A DNA stretch of 64,000 nt, taken from NCBI GenBank assembly GCA_045133795.1, contig JBGUUT010000108.1, forward strand, positions 2,499 through 66,498, in the 5' to 3' direction. Below are positions 31,120 through 40,545 of the stretch, one piece after another. How positions within the stretch are numbered: the stretch's first letter is position 1; every line of letters begins with the position of its first letter. Under the pieces are notes generated by a model that saw nothing but the letters and a program-made list of their open reading frames with translations, was not told where the DNA came from and did not search any database. The stretch comes from Spirochaetota bacterium. GTDB taxonomy: Bacteria; Spirochaetota; GWE2-31-10. The position numbers were made by a program, and so were the translations under genes.

Positions 31120-31494
31120 TTATTTTTTGATATTTAATAAGTAGTGTTTTTTTAATGCATTAAAACTTTCTTCACTTAAATCGTGTTCAAGTTTACAAGC
31201 GTCTTGAGAAGCGATTTCTTTGTCGACACCCAAAGCTATAAGAAATTCGGCAATTAATTTGTGACGTTCATAAATCGGTTCGGCAATCTCACGACCTAAT
31301 GCGGTAAGTGAGAGGCCTCCGTTTTCTGTTACACATACAAGTCCGGCTTCTTTATAATTTTTTAGAGCAATACTTACAGTCGGTTTGGAAAATCCAAGTC
31401 GACGTGCTAAGTCTACAGCATGGACTTCGGGAACTTCTTCTTCCAGCATTAAAATTGTTTCTAAATAATTTTCAACAGTTTCTGTAATTGTCAT
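31120..31494 (-). CDS. DtxR/MntR-family metal-dependent transcriptional regulator
   Basis: HTH (LARRLGFSKPTVSIALK) plus metal-binding/dimerisation helix. Divergent from feoAB. Start taken at internal MTITE (31494), which has a better context than the ORF-track start. Confidence 0.75.
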   Translation of the reverse strand: MTITETVENYLETILMLEEEVPEVHAVDLARRLGFSKPTVSIALKNYKEAGLVCVTENGGLSLTALGREIAEPIYERHKLIAEFLIALGVDKEIASQDACKLEHDLSEESFNALKKHYLLNIKK

Positions 31495-31537
31495 AAAAAC
31501 GAATGTAACATAAAAAAGCATAAATTAAAATCGATTT

Positions 31538-31573
31538 TTCTTGACAAGATAGTTAGTTAGTGATAACTAACTA
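31538..31573. promoter_or_regulatory. TTGACA -35 box followed by 10-bp-arm inverted repeat TAGTTAGTTA-gtga-TAACTAACTA (DtxR-type iron box-like operator) upstream of feoA
   Basis: Inverted repeat 31550-31573 is perfect in its arms and resembles DtxR/IdeR box TTAGGTTAGCCTAACCTAA. It overlaps the putative feoAB promoter and lies between divergent regulator and feoA. Confidence 0.55.
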
Positions 31574-31595
31574 GAGATAAAAAATGGAGCTTATT

Positions 31596-31817
31596 ATGAG
31601 AACATTGCGTAATGTAAATATAGGAGAAACTGTAAAAGTTAAAAAAGTACAAGGTGAAGGTGTTGTAAAAAGAAGAATTATGGATATGGGAATAACAAAA
31701 GGTGTTGATATTTTTGTTCGTAAAGTTGCACCGTTGGGAGACCCCATAGAAATTAAAATCAGAGGATATGAATTATCGCTGAGAAAAGTTGATGCAGAAA
31801 TGATTGAAGTAGAATAA
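31596..31817 (+). CDS. feoA: Ferrous iron transport protein A
   Basis: SH3-like FeoA domain (GETVKVKKV..RRIMDMGITKG..IKIRGYELSLRK). Start at ATG 31596 (GGAG RBS) preferred over 31584. Confidence 0.85.
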   Translation: MRTLRNVNIGETVKVKKVQGEGVVKRRIMDMGITKGVDIFVRKVAPLGDPIEIKIRGYELSLRKVDAEMIEVE

Positions 31818-31823
31818 AAAGAG

Positions 31824-33974
31824 GTGAATATGGGAATTGTAATTGCATTAGCCGGAAATCCGAATTGCGGAAAGACAACAACTTTCAATGAATTAACCGG
31901 TTCAAATCAATTTGTAGGAAATTGGCCCGGCGTAACCGTTGAAAAAAAAGAAGGTAAATTAAAATATGATAAAGATGTAATAATTGTCGATTTACCAGGA
32001 ATTTATTCGTTGTCACCTTATACGTTGGAAGAAGTTGTTACAAGAAATTATTTAATTGAAGAAAAACCTGATGTAATTTTAAATATTGTAGACGGAAGTA
32101 ATATTGAGCGTAATCTTTATCTTACCACGCAATTGATGGAAATAGGACTTCCTGTTGTAATAGCTATAAATATGATGGATATTGTCAAAAAGAATGGAGA
32201 CAGTATTGATACGGCAAAATTATCGCATGAATTAGGTTGTGAGATTGTAGAAATCTCGGCGTTAAGAGGTGAAGGTCTTGAAGAGGCTGTCAAAAAAGCG
32301 ATAGAAGTGGCAAAAAAGGCAGAAAAAAGAAAGCCTAAACATGGTTTTTGCGGCTGTGTAGAACATGCACTTGCACATATTGAAGAATTACTTTTGCACA
32401 ATATGAAAGAAGACTTACAACGTTGGTTTTCTATAAAATTGTTTGAAAGAGACCAAAAAATAGCAGAGAAATTAAGTTTAAGTGAAGAACATATAGCTCA
32501 TATTGAAAAAGATATTTGTTCGTGTGAAGAAGAAATGGACGATGATGCGGAAAGTATTATTACTTCGGAGCGTTACTTATATATAGAAAAGGTCGTTGGT
32601 ACTTGTGTTAAAAAAAGTAACAGAGATAAGTTATCAACTAAAATAGACCATATTGTAACAAACCGTATACTTGCATTACCTATTTTTATAATCACTATGT
32701 TGTTAGTTTATACATTGTCTATAGGAACAATCGGAAATTGGACAGTAGGTTTTATGAATGATACGTTGTTCGGGGAATGGATTATACCGGGAGTGACATC
32801 AGGACTTGAAGCAATTGGCTGTGCAGAATGGTTGATAAGTTTGATAGCCGGCGGGATTCTTGGGGGTGTCGGTTCAGTTTTAGGTTTTGTACCGCAAATG
32901 TTTATCTTGTTTTTATTGCTTTGTATACTCGAAGACATTGGATATATGTCTCGTGTTGCTTTTATTATGGATAAAATATTTAGAAAGTTTGGTTTGTCAG
33001 GAAAAAGTTTTATTCCTATGTTGATAGGTTCCGGCTGTGGAGTTCCAGGAGTTATGGCAAGTCGTACGATAGAAAATGACCGAGACAGAAAAATTACGAT
33101 AATGACAACTTGTTTTATTCCTTGCGGTGCAAAAATGCCGATTGTAGCGTTTATTGCGGCAGCATTTTTTAATAACGCAGTTTGGGTTGCGACGTCAGCT
33201 TATTTTATAGGAGTAATGGCAGTTATTATTTCCGGTATTATATTAAAAAAGACAAAATTATTTTTTGGAGAGCCGTCACCGTTTGTTATGGAACTTCCTA
33301 TGTATCATGCTCCGACTATGAATAATATTTTACGTGGGACATGGGAAAGAGGCTGGAGTTTTATAAAACGTGCCGGAACCGTTATTATTCTTGCAAGTAT
33401 TGTAATTTGGATTTTTAATAGTTTGAGTTTTGATGGGGGATTTCATTATATTACGGAAGAGAATGGCGGAAAATCGATATTACAATTAATAGGTGGAACT
33501 ATTGCATATATATTTGTACCGTTAGGTTTCGGTAATTGGCAATCGGCTGTAGCAACAATTTTGGGATTATTGGCAAAAGAAGAAGTTGTAGGTGTGTTTG
33601 GTTCACTTTCGTCAATGGGAAATGCGGATGTTGCATTTGAACTTGTAGAAGAAGGAAGCAGAGAACTTGCGATTATCGGACAAGAGATTTTTGGCGGAAA
33701 TAAGTTAGGTGCATTCTCGTTTATGATATTTAATTTGTTGTGTGCGCCTTGTTTTGCTGCAATGGGAGCAATCAAAAGAGAAATGAATAATGCTAAATGG
33801 ACATGTTTTGCTATTAGTTATATGTGTGTATTTGCGTATGCAGTTTCACTTTGCGTATATCAAATAGGCAGTTTGTTTACCGGCGGAAGTTTCGGTCTTG
33901 GAACAGTTTGCGGAATAATAGTTTTATTAACAATACTTTACTTGGTTGTAAGACCCGGTAAATGCGGTAAATAA
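31824..33974 (+). CDS. feoB: Ferrous iron transport protein B
   Basis: N-terminal G-domain (GNPNCGKTT, DLPG), GDI-like linker and polytopic membrane domain. 716 aa. Confidence 0.95.
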   Translation: MNMGIVIALAGNPNCGKTTTFNELTGSNQFVGNWPGVTVEKKEGKLKYDKDVIIVDLPGIYSLSPYTLEEVVTRNYLIEEKPDVILNIVDGSNIERNLYLTTQLMEIGLPVVIAINMMDIVKKNGDSIDTAKLSHELGCEIVEISALRGEGLEEAVKKAIEVAKKAEKRKPKHGFCGCVEHALAHIEELLLHNMKEDLQRWFSIKLFERDQKIAEKLSLSEEHIAHIEKDICSCEEEMDDDAESIITSERYLYIEKVVGTCVKKSNRDKLSTKIDHIVTNRILALPIFIITMLLVYTLSIGTIGNWTVGFMNDTLFGEWIIPGVTSGLEAIGCAEWLISLIAGGILGGVGSVLGFVPQMFILFLLLCILEDIGYMSRVAFIMDKIFRKFGLSGKSFIPMLIGSGCGVPGVMASRTIENDRDRKITIMTTCFIPCGAKMPIVAFIAAAFFNNAVWVATSAYFIGVMAVIISGIILKKTKLFFGEPSPFVMELPMYHAPTMNNILRGTWERGWSFIKRAGTVIILASIVIWIFNSLSFDGGFHYITEENGGKSILQLIGGTIAYIFVPLGFGNWQSAVATILGLLAKEEVVGVFGSLSSMGNADVAFELVEEGSRELAIIGQEIFGGNKLGAFSFMIFNLLCAPCFAAMGAIKREMNNAKWTCFAISYMCVFAYAVSLCVYQIGSLFTGGSFGLGTVCGIIVLLTILYLVVRPGKCGK

Positions 33975-33986
33975 AAGGAGATTGTC

Positions 33987-34127
33987 ATGGGAACTGTAAT
34001 AGTATTGATAATTTTAGCTTTAATTGTTGCCGGAATCATTAATAAAATAATCCATGATAAAAAGTTAGGAAAAGGATGTGGTTGTAATTGCGGAGAATGC
34101 GGCGGCAAATGTTCCGGTAATAAATAA
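33987..34127 (+). CDS. FeoB-associated Cys-rich small membrane protein (46 aa; not in ORF track)
   Basis: MGTVIVLIILALIVAGIINKIIHDKKLGKGCGCNCGECGGKCSGNK. One TM helix plus C-terminal Cys-Gly cluster, 13 nt after feoB stop with AAGGAG RBS. Confidence 0.6.
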   Translation: MGTVIVLIILALIVAGIINKIIHDKKLGKGCGCNCGECGGKCSGNK

Positions 34128-34249
34128 AAAAAACAAATGGAGCGGGTACTTGATAATAATTGTAAAAAAACAAAATAACTCCTTCTTTTTACATATAGCG
34201 AAGTACCTGCAAAACCATTTTTTTATAAAAAGACTGCATTATAAATGCA

Positions 34250-34293
34250 AAAACCGTCTGTTAAGTAAAAAAACTTTATCAGACGGTTTTTTT
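34250..34293. terminator. Bidirectional terminator between feoAB operon and hpf
   Basis: accgtctg ... cagacggt stem followed by T7. A-run on the other side serves the minus strand. Confidence 0.6.
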
Positions 34294-34315
34294 GTGAAAC
34301 AAAACGTAAAGTTAA

Positions 34316-34660
34316 TTATGCTTCTTCACTTTCCACAAGTGATTCTACATATCCTTCACGGTTAGAAGAATGGTCTTGCATTTTACCTTTTTCACGATGA
34401 ATTTTTTCATCAATTTTATGTATAACTTTATCAATTGCGTTATACATATCATCATCTTTTGCTGAAAATTGGAATGTTCCAAGTTTGTGAGTGACCATAG
34501 TAACGTCTACTTTATATTCAATCTTTTCTTTATCAAGATGAAAATCAATCTCCTTTATATTTTCCTTAAAGTAGTCAAATTTAAGAACTTTTTCCTCAAT
34601 AGTACTTTTCATTGAGTCTGAAACACTAAATGCTTTGCAACCTTGAATAATTAGATTCAT
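34316..34660 (-). CDS. hpf: Ribosome hibernation promoting factor (short HPF/RaiA, sigma-54 modulation protein family)
   Basis: 114 aa. Conserved MNLIIQGCK.. N-terminus and beta-alpha-beta-beta-beta-alpha layout. Immediately downstream of rpoN as in many bacteria. Confidence 0.85.
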   Translation of the reverse strand: MNLIIQGCKAFSVSDSMKSTIEEKVLKFDYFKENIKEIDFHLDKEKIEYKVDVTMVTHKLGTFQFSAKDDDMYNAIDKVIHKIDEKIHREKGKMQDHSSNREGYVESLVESEEA

Positions 34661-34726
34661 GGTGTCCTCCTTTATTTCTATCTCTAATATCTTCTTTTAT
34701 AAGTCTACATTTTTTGAATCCATAAA

Positions 34727-36133
34727 TCAAATGTTTCTTTTTGCAGATGGAAGAATATTCAAAATGTTACGATATTTTGCAACAGTTCTTCGTGCAATGT
34801 GAATTCCTTTGGTTTGAAGGATGTCTGCAATCTTTTGGTCGGAGATTTTTTTACCGACATTTTCTTCAATTATTTCCTTAATCATTTCACGAACACTTTC
34901 GGAAGATTGAACATCTCCGTCTTTTTTCTTGATTGCGTTGGTGAAGAAATATTTTAATTCGTGTATTCCCCATTCTGTTTGAATGTATTTTGATGATGTC
35001 AGACGTGAGATTGTTGATTCAGCCAACCCTACTTCTTCAGCAATATCTTTCATTATAAGCGGAACTAAATATTTAGAACCGCGTCTGAAAAATTCTTTCT
35101 GAGCTTGTACAATGGCTAAAATAACTTTAAATAATGAATTATTTCTGTTGCGAATTATCTCGATAAATTTTTTTGCCGAAGCAACTTTTTCAAGAATAAA
35201 TTTATTTTTCTCATCTTTAGCATGTTTTTCTTTTGCAATTTTAGCAATTTTTTCCATGTATTCGCTGATTGTCAGTTCCGGTAAAACTTCATTATTTATT
35301 TCAACTTGTAATTCACCGTCTTTCATGTAAACAATGGCATCCGGGACAATGTAGTTATCGGCACTGTTATCGTATGCTCTGCCGGGATACAATTCAAATT
35401 GAGTTAAATAAACAAAGGCTTTTTTTATTTCATCAATAGATATTCCCATGGCTCTTGCCAATTGAACATCCTTACGTTCTAAAACTAAATGAAAATAATC
35501 ACGAACTATTTCATAAGCTGTTTCATTAACGTTATCTTCCGGCAGAGACTCTAATTGATATAATAAGGCTTCACGAACATCGGCAGTTGCGACACCGGGT
35601 GGGTCAAACATTTGAATGTTTTCTAAAACTTCAAGTGCTTCATCAGTATTGTCCGGGAAAATAGCCATTAAATCTTCTTTAAAAAAACCATTGGAATCTA
35701 TGTAACTGATGATAGTCTCGCCTATTTCTTTTTGTTCCTCTGTCATATGTGACAAATTAAGTTGCCATCTGAGTTTATCATGTAGTCCTTCTTTAAAAGA
35801 AAATGCACCTTCCAGAAACATACGTTTGCTGTCATCATCATCATCAGAACTATTGCTACGGTATGAAGAATAAATATTATTGTTGGATTCACAAAAATAT
35901 CTGTCACGTTCATCGAAAACTTCATCGTCTAAATCTTTTTCTTTTTGTGAAAATTCTTTTCTTGAATCATCTTTTTCTATAATTTCTAGAGCTGGATTTT
36001 CCATGACTTCCTGCTCTATTTTTTCTTTTAATTCCAAAACCGGTAATTGAATCAATTCTAAGGATTGAAGCATTTCCTGAGATAGAACGAGTTTTTGTGA
36101 TAATTGTACATTTAAGTTTTGTGATAGATTCAT
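34727..36133 (-). CDS. rpoN: RNA polymerase sigma-54 factor
   Basis: 468 aa. Gln/Leu-rich region I, C-terminal HTH and RpoN box ARRTVAKYR. Confidence 0.9.
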   Translation of the reverse strand: MNLSQNLNVQLSQKLVLSQEMLQSLELIQLPVLELKEKIEQEVMENPALEIIEKDDSRKEFSQKEKDLDDEVFDERDRYFCESNNNIYSSYRSNSSDDDDDSKRMFLEGAFSFKEGLHDKLRWQLNLSHMTEEQKEIGETIISYIDSNGFFKEDLMAIFPDNTDEALEVLENIQMFDPPGVATADVREALLYQLESLPEDNVNETAYEIVRDYFHLVLERKDVQLARAMGISIDEIKKAFVYLTQFELYPGRAYDNSADNYIVPDAIVYMKDGELQVEINNEVLPELTISEYMEKIAKIAKEKHAKDEKNKFILEKVASAKKFIEIIRNRNNSLFKVILAIVQAQKEFFRRGSKYLVPLIMKDIAEEVGLAESTISRLTSSKYIQTEWGIHELKYFFTNAIKKKDGDVQSSESVREMIKEIIEENVGKKISDQKIADILQTKGIHIARRTVAKYRNILNILPSAKRNI

Positions 36134-36328
36134 AACGCAAAAAAAATATTATCCTTTAATTTTTTATAGTTATATAGATTACTATATTTATCGGATATGA
36201 GTTTTATATTTTTTGTTTTTTATTAGATTTTTCGTTATAAGTATTCTTAAATTTTTTTAGTTCCTTTTTTTTGTTTTTTTATCTATATTCCCACTTGATT
36301 GTATAAGTGCTTAATTTAGGAGTAGTAA

Positions 36329-37168
36329 ATGGGAGATATTACTTTATTTCGTAAAAAGAAATTATCAGGCGAAAAAATTACTATGTTTACATGTTATGAT
36401 TATTCGTCAGCAAAATTATTATCAGAAACAGATTTAGATGTAATTTTAGTTGGTGATTCTCTCGGAAATGTAATACAAGGTTTAGATAATACAATGCCTG
36501 TGACAATAGAAGATATGATTTATCATACTCGTGCTGTTAGACGTGCATTACCGGATATATTTATAGTTACTGATTTACCTTTTTTATCATATCACGTATC
36601 AAAAGAAGATACAGTGCGTAATGCAGGTAAGATAATGAAAGAAAGTGGTACAAATGCAGTAAAGCTTGAAGGCGGAGCGGAAATTATCGACAGCGTAAAA
36701 GCGTTAATTGCTGCGAAAATACCGGTAATGGGGCATTTAGGATTAACTCCGCAATCATTTCAGGTTTTCGGTGGATTTAAGGTTCAGGGAAAAGATTACA
36801 ATACGGCAAAAAGAATTATCGAAGATGCTTTGTTATTGGAAAGTGCCGGTGTTTTTGCAATAGTATTGGAAGGTGTTCCTGAAAAATTAGCAACATTGAT
36901 TTCTAAAATGTTAAAGATTCCTACGATAGGTATCGGTGCAGGAAACAATACCGATGGTCAAGTTCTTGTTTTTCAAGATGCATTAGGGATAAATCAAGGA
37001 AAGTTACCGCGTTTTGTGAAACAATTTTCGAATGCGGGACAAGAGATTATAAACGGAGTAAAAAGTTATATTGATGAAGTAAGAAATAAAACTTTTCCGA
37101 CAGAAGAGCATACTTATAAAATGGATGAAGATTTATATAAAAAATTAGAGAGTGAGTATAAAGAATGA
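36329..37168 (+). CDS. panB: 3-methyl-2-oxobutanoate hydroxymethyltransferase
   Basis: 279 aa. KITMFTCYDY..VGDSLG..KLEGG motifs of ketopantoate hydroxymethyltransferase. Confidence 0.9.
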   Translation: MGDITLFRKKKLSGEKITMFTCYDYSSAKLLSETDLDVILVGDSLGNVIQGLDNTMPVTIEDMIYHTRAVRRALPDIFIVTDLPFLSYHVSKEDTVRNAGKIMKESGTNAVKLEGGAEIIDSVKALIAAKIPVMGHLGLTPQSFQVFGGFKVQGKDYNTAKRIIEDALLLESAGVFAIVLEGVPEKLATLISKMLKIPTIGIGAGNNTDGQVLVFQDALGINQGKLPRFVKQFSNAGQEIINGVKSYIDEVRNKTFPTEEHTYKMDEDLYKKLESEYKE

Positions 37169-38022
37169 AAGTAAAATTAATTGAAACAATAGAGGAAATG
37201 CGTCTTTTTTCAAAAGAACTAAAAGCAAAAAATATGTCTATCGGATATGTTCCGACAATGGGAGCTTTGCATGAAGGGCATGTGTCTTTAATGAAAGCAG
37301 CGGTGGAACAAAATGATGTTGCAGTAATGACAATCTTTGTTAATCCTATTCAGTTTGGACCGAATGAGGATTATGATAAGTATCCGAGAACGTTGGAAGC
37401 TGATTTGGAAAAAGCTGAAAAAGCCGGAATATCAGCCGTATTTTTTCCTTCTCCCAATGAATTGACTGCAAATCTATATTCATATGTAGATATAAATAGT
37501 TTACAAGATAATTTATGCGGAGCTAAACGCCCCGGACATTTTAGAGGTGTATGTACGATTGTAAGTAAATTTTTTAATATAATAAAACCGGACAATGCGT
37601 ACTTTGGAAAGAAAGATATTCAACAATTGTATATTATAAAACAGATGGTAAAAGACTTAAACTTTGATGTGAATATTGTTCCGTGTGAAATTGTAAGAGA
37701 AAGTGACGGTTTGGCGATGAGTTCAAGAAATCGTTATTTATCAGCAGAAGAAAGAAAAGATGCTTTGGTTCTTTCAAAGTCAATAAAAAAAGCTATAGAT
37801 TTGCAACAACAAGGAGAGAAATCAGCTCAAGTTATAATTAATTGTATACAGGAGGAAGTTTCAAAAGTTTCTTCGGCTAAAATTGATTATATTAGCATTG
37901 TAAACGAACAAATGCAGGATGTTGATGTTGTTGAGGATAAAAATATTCTTGCGTTGGCAATATATATTGGCAAAACAAGATTAATTGATAATCATATAAT
38001 TGGAGAGGCATTATGTTTTTAA
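37165..38022 (+). CDS. panC: Pantoate--beta-alanine ligase
   Basis: [13 protein letters not shown] (HIGH-like) and ..GKKD.QQL.. motifs. Overlaps panB stop. Confidence 0.9.
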   Translation: MKVKLIETIEEMRLFSKELKAKNMSIGYVPTMGALHEGHVSLMKAAVEQNDVAVMTIFVNPIQFGPNEDYDKYPRTLEADLEKAEKAGISAVFFPSPNELTANLYSYVDINSLQDNLCGAKRPGHFRGVCTIVSKFFNIIKPDNAYFGKKDIQQLYIIKQMVKDLNFDVNIVPCEIVRESDGLAMSSRNRYLSAEERKDALVLSKSIKKAIDLQQQGEKSAQVIINCIQEEVSKVSSAKIDYISIVNEQMQDVDVVEDKNILALAIYIGKTRLIDNHIIGEALCF

Positions 38023-38372
38023 CCATGATGAAAGGAAAAATACACCGTGCAACAGTGACTCAGGCGGAATTGAATTATATCGGTAGTATAACGATTGATG
38101 AAGCTTTGTTGGAAGCTGCAGGAATTCTTGAAAATGAAAGAGTACAAGTTGTAAATTTAAATAACGGCAGTCGTTTTGAGACTTATGCAATAAAAGGAGC
38201 TAAAGACAGCGGAGTAATTTGTATTAATGGTCCGGCAGCCAGAATTGCGGCAGTAGGTGATAAAGTAATTATTATTGCTTATGCCATGATGGAGAAAGTG
38301 GAAGCAGAAAGCTTTTCTCCTGTAGTTGTACATGTTGATGAGGCAAATAAAGTATCATCTGTTACAAAATAA
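38013..38372 (+). CDS. panD: Aspartate 1-decarboxylase
   Basis: 119 aa. [29 protein letters not shown] with the self-cleaving Gly-Ser site. Confidence 0.9.
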   Translation: MFLTMMKGKIHRATVTQAELNYIGSITIDEALLEAAGILENERVQVVNLNNGSRFETYAIKGAKDSGVICINGPAARIAAVGDKVIIIAYAMMEKVEAESFSPVVVHVDEANKVSSVTK

Positions 38373-38403
38373 AAAAACCGGAGTTAATCTCCGGTTTTTT
38401 TAT
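38372..38403. terminator. Bidirectional terminator after panD / HEAT-repeat gene
   Basis: aaaaaaaccggagttaatctccggttttttt. Confidence 0.8.
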
Positions 38404-38414
38404 TTTTATTTATC

Positions 38415-39092
38415 TTATTCACTTAAAGTTTCAATTGCATTAAGAGCTCTGGCTCTGATGTCTTTGTTATAATTTCCGTGCTGTATTTCAGAAAGTAAAT
38501 AAATTGCTTCAGAATAACTCATAGGATTACCTTTTGCAATGTTTTTAACAGCATCAATCAATGCAGCAACAAGATTGTGGTCTGGACGGTTAGTAGTTCT
38601 GTACATATAACTTAAAGCTCTTAAAATATCACCAGAATCGTCACTCATGTTAGGATCTGCAAGAGCAAGACAAATTTCTGCTTTTACAGCACTGTGAGGT
38701 TCAGTATTTAACGCATTTAAAAGAGACAATCTAGCACCGGAACCTCCGATTTTAGCCATAACTTTTACTGATTTTCTTCTTATTTCAGGATAGTCATTAA
38801 TCAATCTTCCGTTTTCATATTGTGTTCTGATTGATCCTTCACCCATTAAAAAATCTGCCAATTCTACAAGTTTTTTGTCATCTTCTGAATACTTTTCTGA
38901 ATCGAATCCGTTTAAGATTTCATCAAGTACACGTTCTTTTGCTGTTCTGTCTCCAGCTTTTACTTCTGTTAAGTAATTTTTTAATTTTTGTTCTTTTCTT
39001 GATAATAATTCTTCTTCCGGAGTACTTGCAAAAGTATTAAACGCACTCAAAGTAAGTATAGTACAAATAAAAACTAAAATTGTTCTTTTCAT
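38415..39092 (-). CDS. Secreted HEAT-repeat-like protein
   Basis: Signal peptide. Repeated ..LNAL..E...VR..A..AL.. units resembling PBS-lyase HEAT repeats. Confidence 0.35.
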   Translation of the reverse strand: MKRTILVFICTILTLSAFNTFASTPEEELLSRKEQKLKNYLTEVKAGDRTAKERVLDEILNGFDSEKYSEDDKKLVELADFLMGEGSIRTQYENGRLINDYPEIRRKSVKVMAKIGGSGARLSLLNALNTEPHSAVKAEICLALADPNMSDDSGDILRALSYMYRTTNRPDHNLVAALIDAVKNIAKGNPMSYSEAIYLLSEIQHGNYNKDIRARALNAIETLSE

Positions 39093-39148
39093 TTTTTGCT
39101 TCCTTTTCTACTTAATATTTTTTAAATTAATTTTTAAAGTCGCAGACA

Positions 39149-39853
39149 TTACTTTTTGTCTAATTTCCATGAATCATTTTCGTAAACAAAATCATAAACA
39201 AAATTTGCATTACCGTCAAGCATACAATTTACTTTGATATTTTTTTCATTAATTTGTTGGAAATTTACATACTTTAAAGCAATTCCTTCTCTGGAAGGAA
39301 TTACAATATAATCAAAGTAATCTTTCGCAGAACGTAAAACGATTTTTTTTCGTTTGAGATATGCAGATTTTTTGGACATTCTTAATAATTCATCCGGGTT
39401 TTCTATAAAGGAACGATAATTTGAACTTAAACTGTTGTACCAGCCGTTGAAATCTTCAGAAATGATTTTTTCTTCGATTGTTTCAAAAAGACCGCGTATT
39501 TTGGAGTTTAATTCGTCAGTAGATATTTCTTCCAATTTAAACTTCAATCTGGAATCTACATTTGGATTATCTTCGACAATTTGTTTTACCGGAACTTCAG
39601 CAGTTTTATTGCTAATTTCTTTTTCGATTACGACAATTTGTTCTTTTTTTTCCGGAATGTTTATGGCTTCATTTTTTACCGTAGAGTCAATTTTTACTTC
39701 CGGTTCAGTCTTTAAAGTATTTTGAATTATTTCAGGTTCTTTTTCTGAAATTGCGGTTTCTTTTTCAATGACAACTTGCTTTGTTGTATTTTTACAAGTA
39801 ACGAAACAGCATAGAAATAAACATAATAATAATATAAATAGACGGCTTCTCAT
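39149..39853 (-). CDS. Hypothetical lipoprotein/secreted protein
   Basis: Signal peptide with Cys (LCLFLCCFVTC). No family recognised. Confidence 0.3.
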   Translation of the reverse strand: MRSRLFILLLCLFLCCFVTCKNTTKQVVIEKETAISEKEPEIIQNTLKTEPEVKIDSTVKNEAINIPEKKEQIVVIEKEISNKTAEVPVKQIVEDNPNVDSRLKFKLEEISTDELNSKIRGLFETIEEKIISEDFNGWYNSLSSNYRSFIENPDELLRMSKKSAYLKRKKIVLRSAKDYFDYIVIPSREGIALKYVNFQQINEKNIKVNCMLDGNANFVYDFVYENDSWKLDKK

Positions 39854-39940
39854 AAAATCCTTATTTTGCTATAAATCTTTTCTAAATTATAAAAGACATT
39901 CTTTATATGTCAACTATTGTTTAATTAAGGAAGATATTTT

Positions 39941-40540
39941 ATGCCACAAACACGGCTTATGTCAATACGTGAGACATTGAGATTAATGGAAGATTCAATA
40001 ATTTTTACATTAATAGAGCGTTCCAGATACAAATCGTCTCATGACTGTTTGGATTTGTTTAGGAAGTTTTGGAATGAACAAAATAGTTTGGTGTTTAAGT
40101 TTCAATCAAGTCGGGCTGAAAGTAAAATATTTTCCGAGATACAAGAAAAATTATTTTCATTTTATTTTACGAATATTCTTCCTGCTAATTGCAAAGATAA
40201 AGAATTACCGCTTACTTCTATCTTTCTTAAAGATACGAATATTCTTTTTCAGGTATCGGAAAGAATGCAACAGGGGATTTTTGTAGCAAAAGCAAAGTTC
40301 CAGTCGGAACCGGAACTTTATCAAAAGCTAGCAAAGGAAAATAATAAAAAAGAAATTATGCGAAAACTAACTAATTCAGAAGTAGAAGAAAAGATTCTTT
40401 TTCGCATAGAAGAGAAAGCAAAACAATTAAACTTTTTAAATCCCGATTTTAATCCGGAAGTTGCAGTTTCATTTTATAGAGATTGTATTATTCCGCTGAC
40501 TAAAGAAATAGAACTTGCTTATTTACTGAATTGCAAATAA
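39941..40540 (+). CDS. Hypothetical protein (weak chorismate-mutase-like N-terminal helix pattern)
   Basis: N-terminus IRETLRLMEDSIIFTLIERSRY loosely resembles AroQ helix 1 (R..D..L..R). The rest is unassigned. Confidence 0.25.
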   Translation: MPQTRLMSIRETLRLMEDSIIFTLIERSRYKSSHDCLDLFRKFWNEQNSLVFKFQSSRAESKIFSEIQEKLFSFYFTNILPANCKDKELPLTSIFLKDTNILFQVSERMQQGIFVAKAKFQSEPELYQKLAKENNKKEIMRKLTNSEVEEKILFRIEEKAKQLNFLNPDFNPEVAVSFYRDCIIPLTKEIELAYLLNCK

Positions 40541-40545
40541 TAAGA

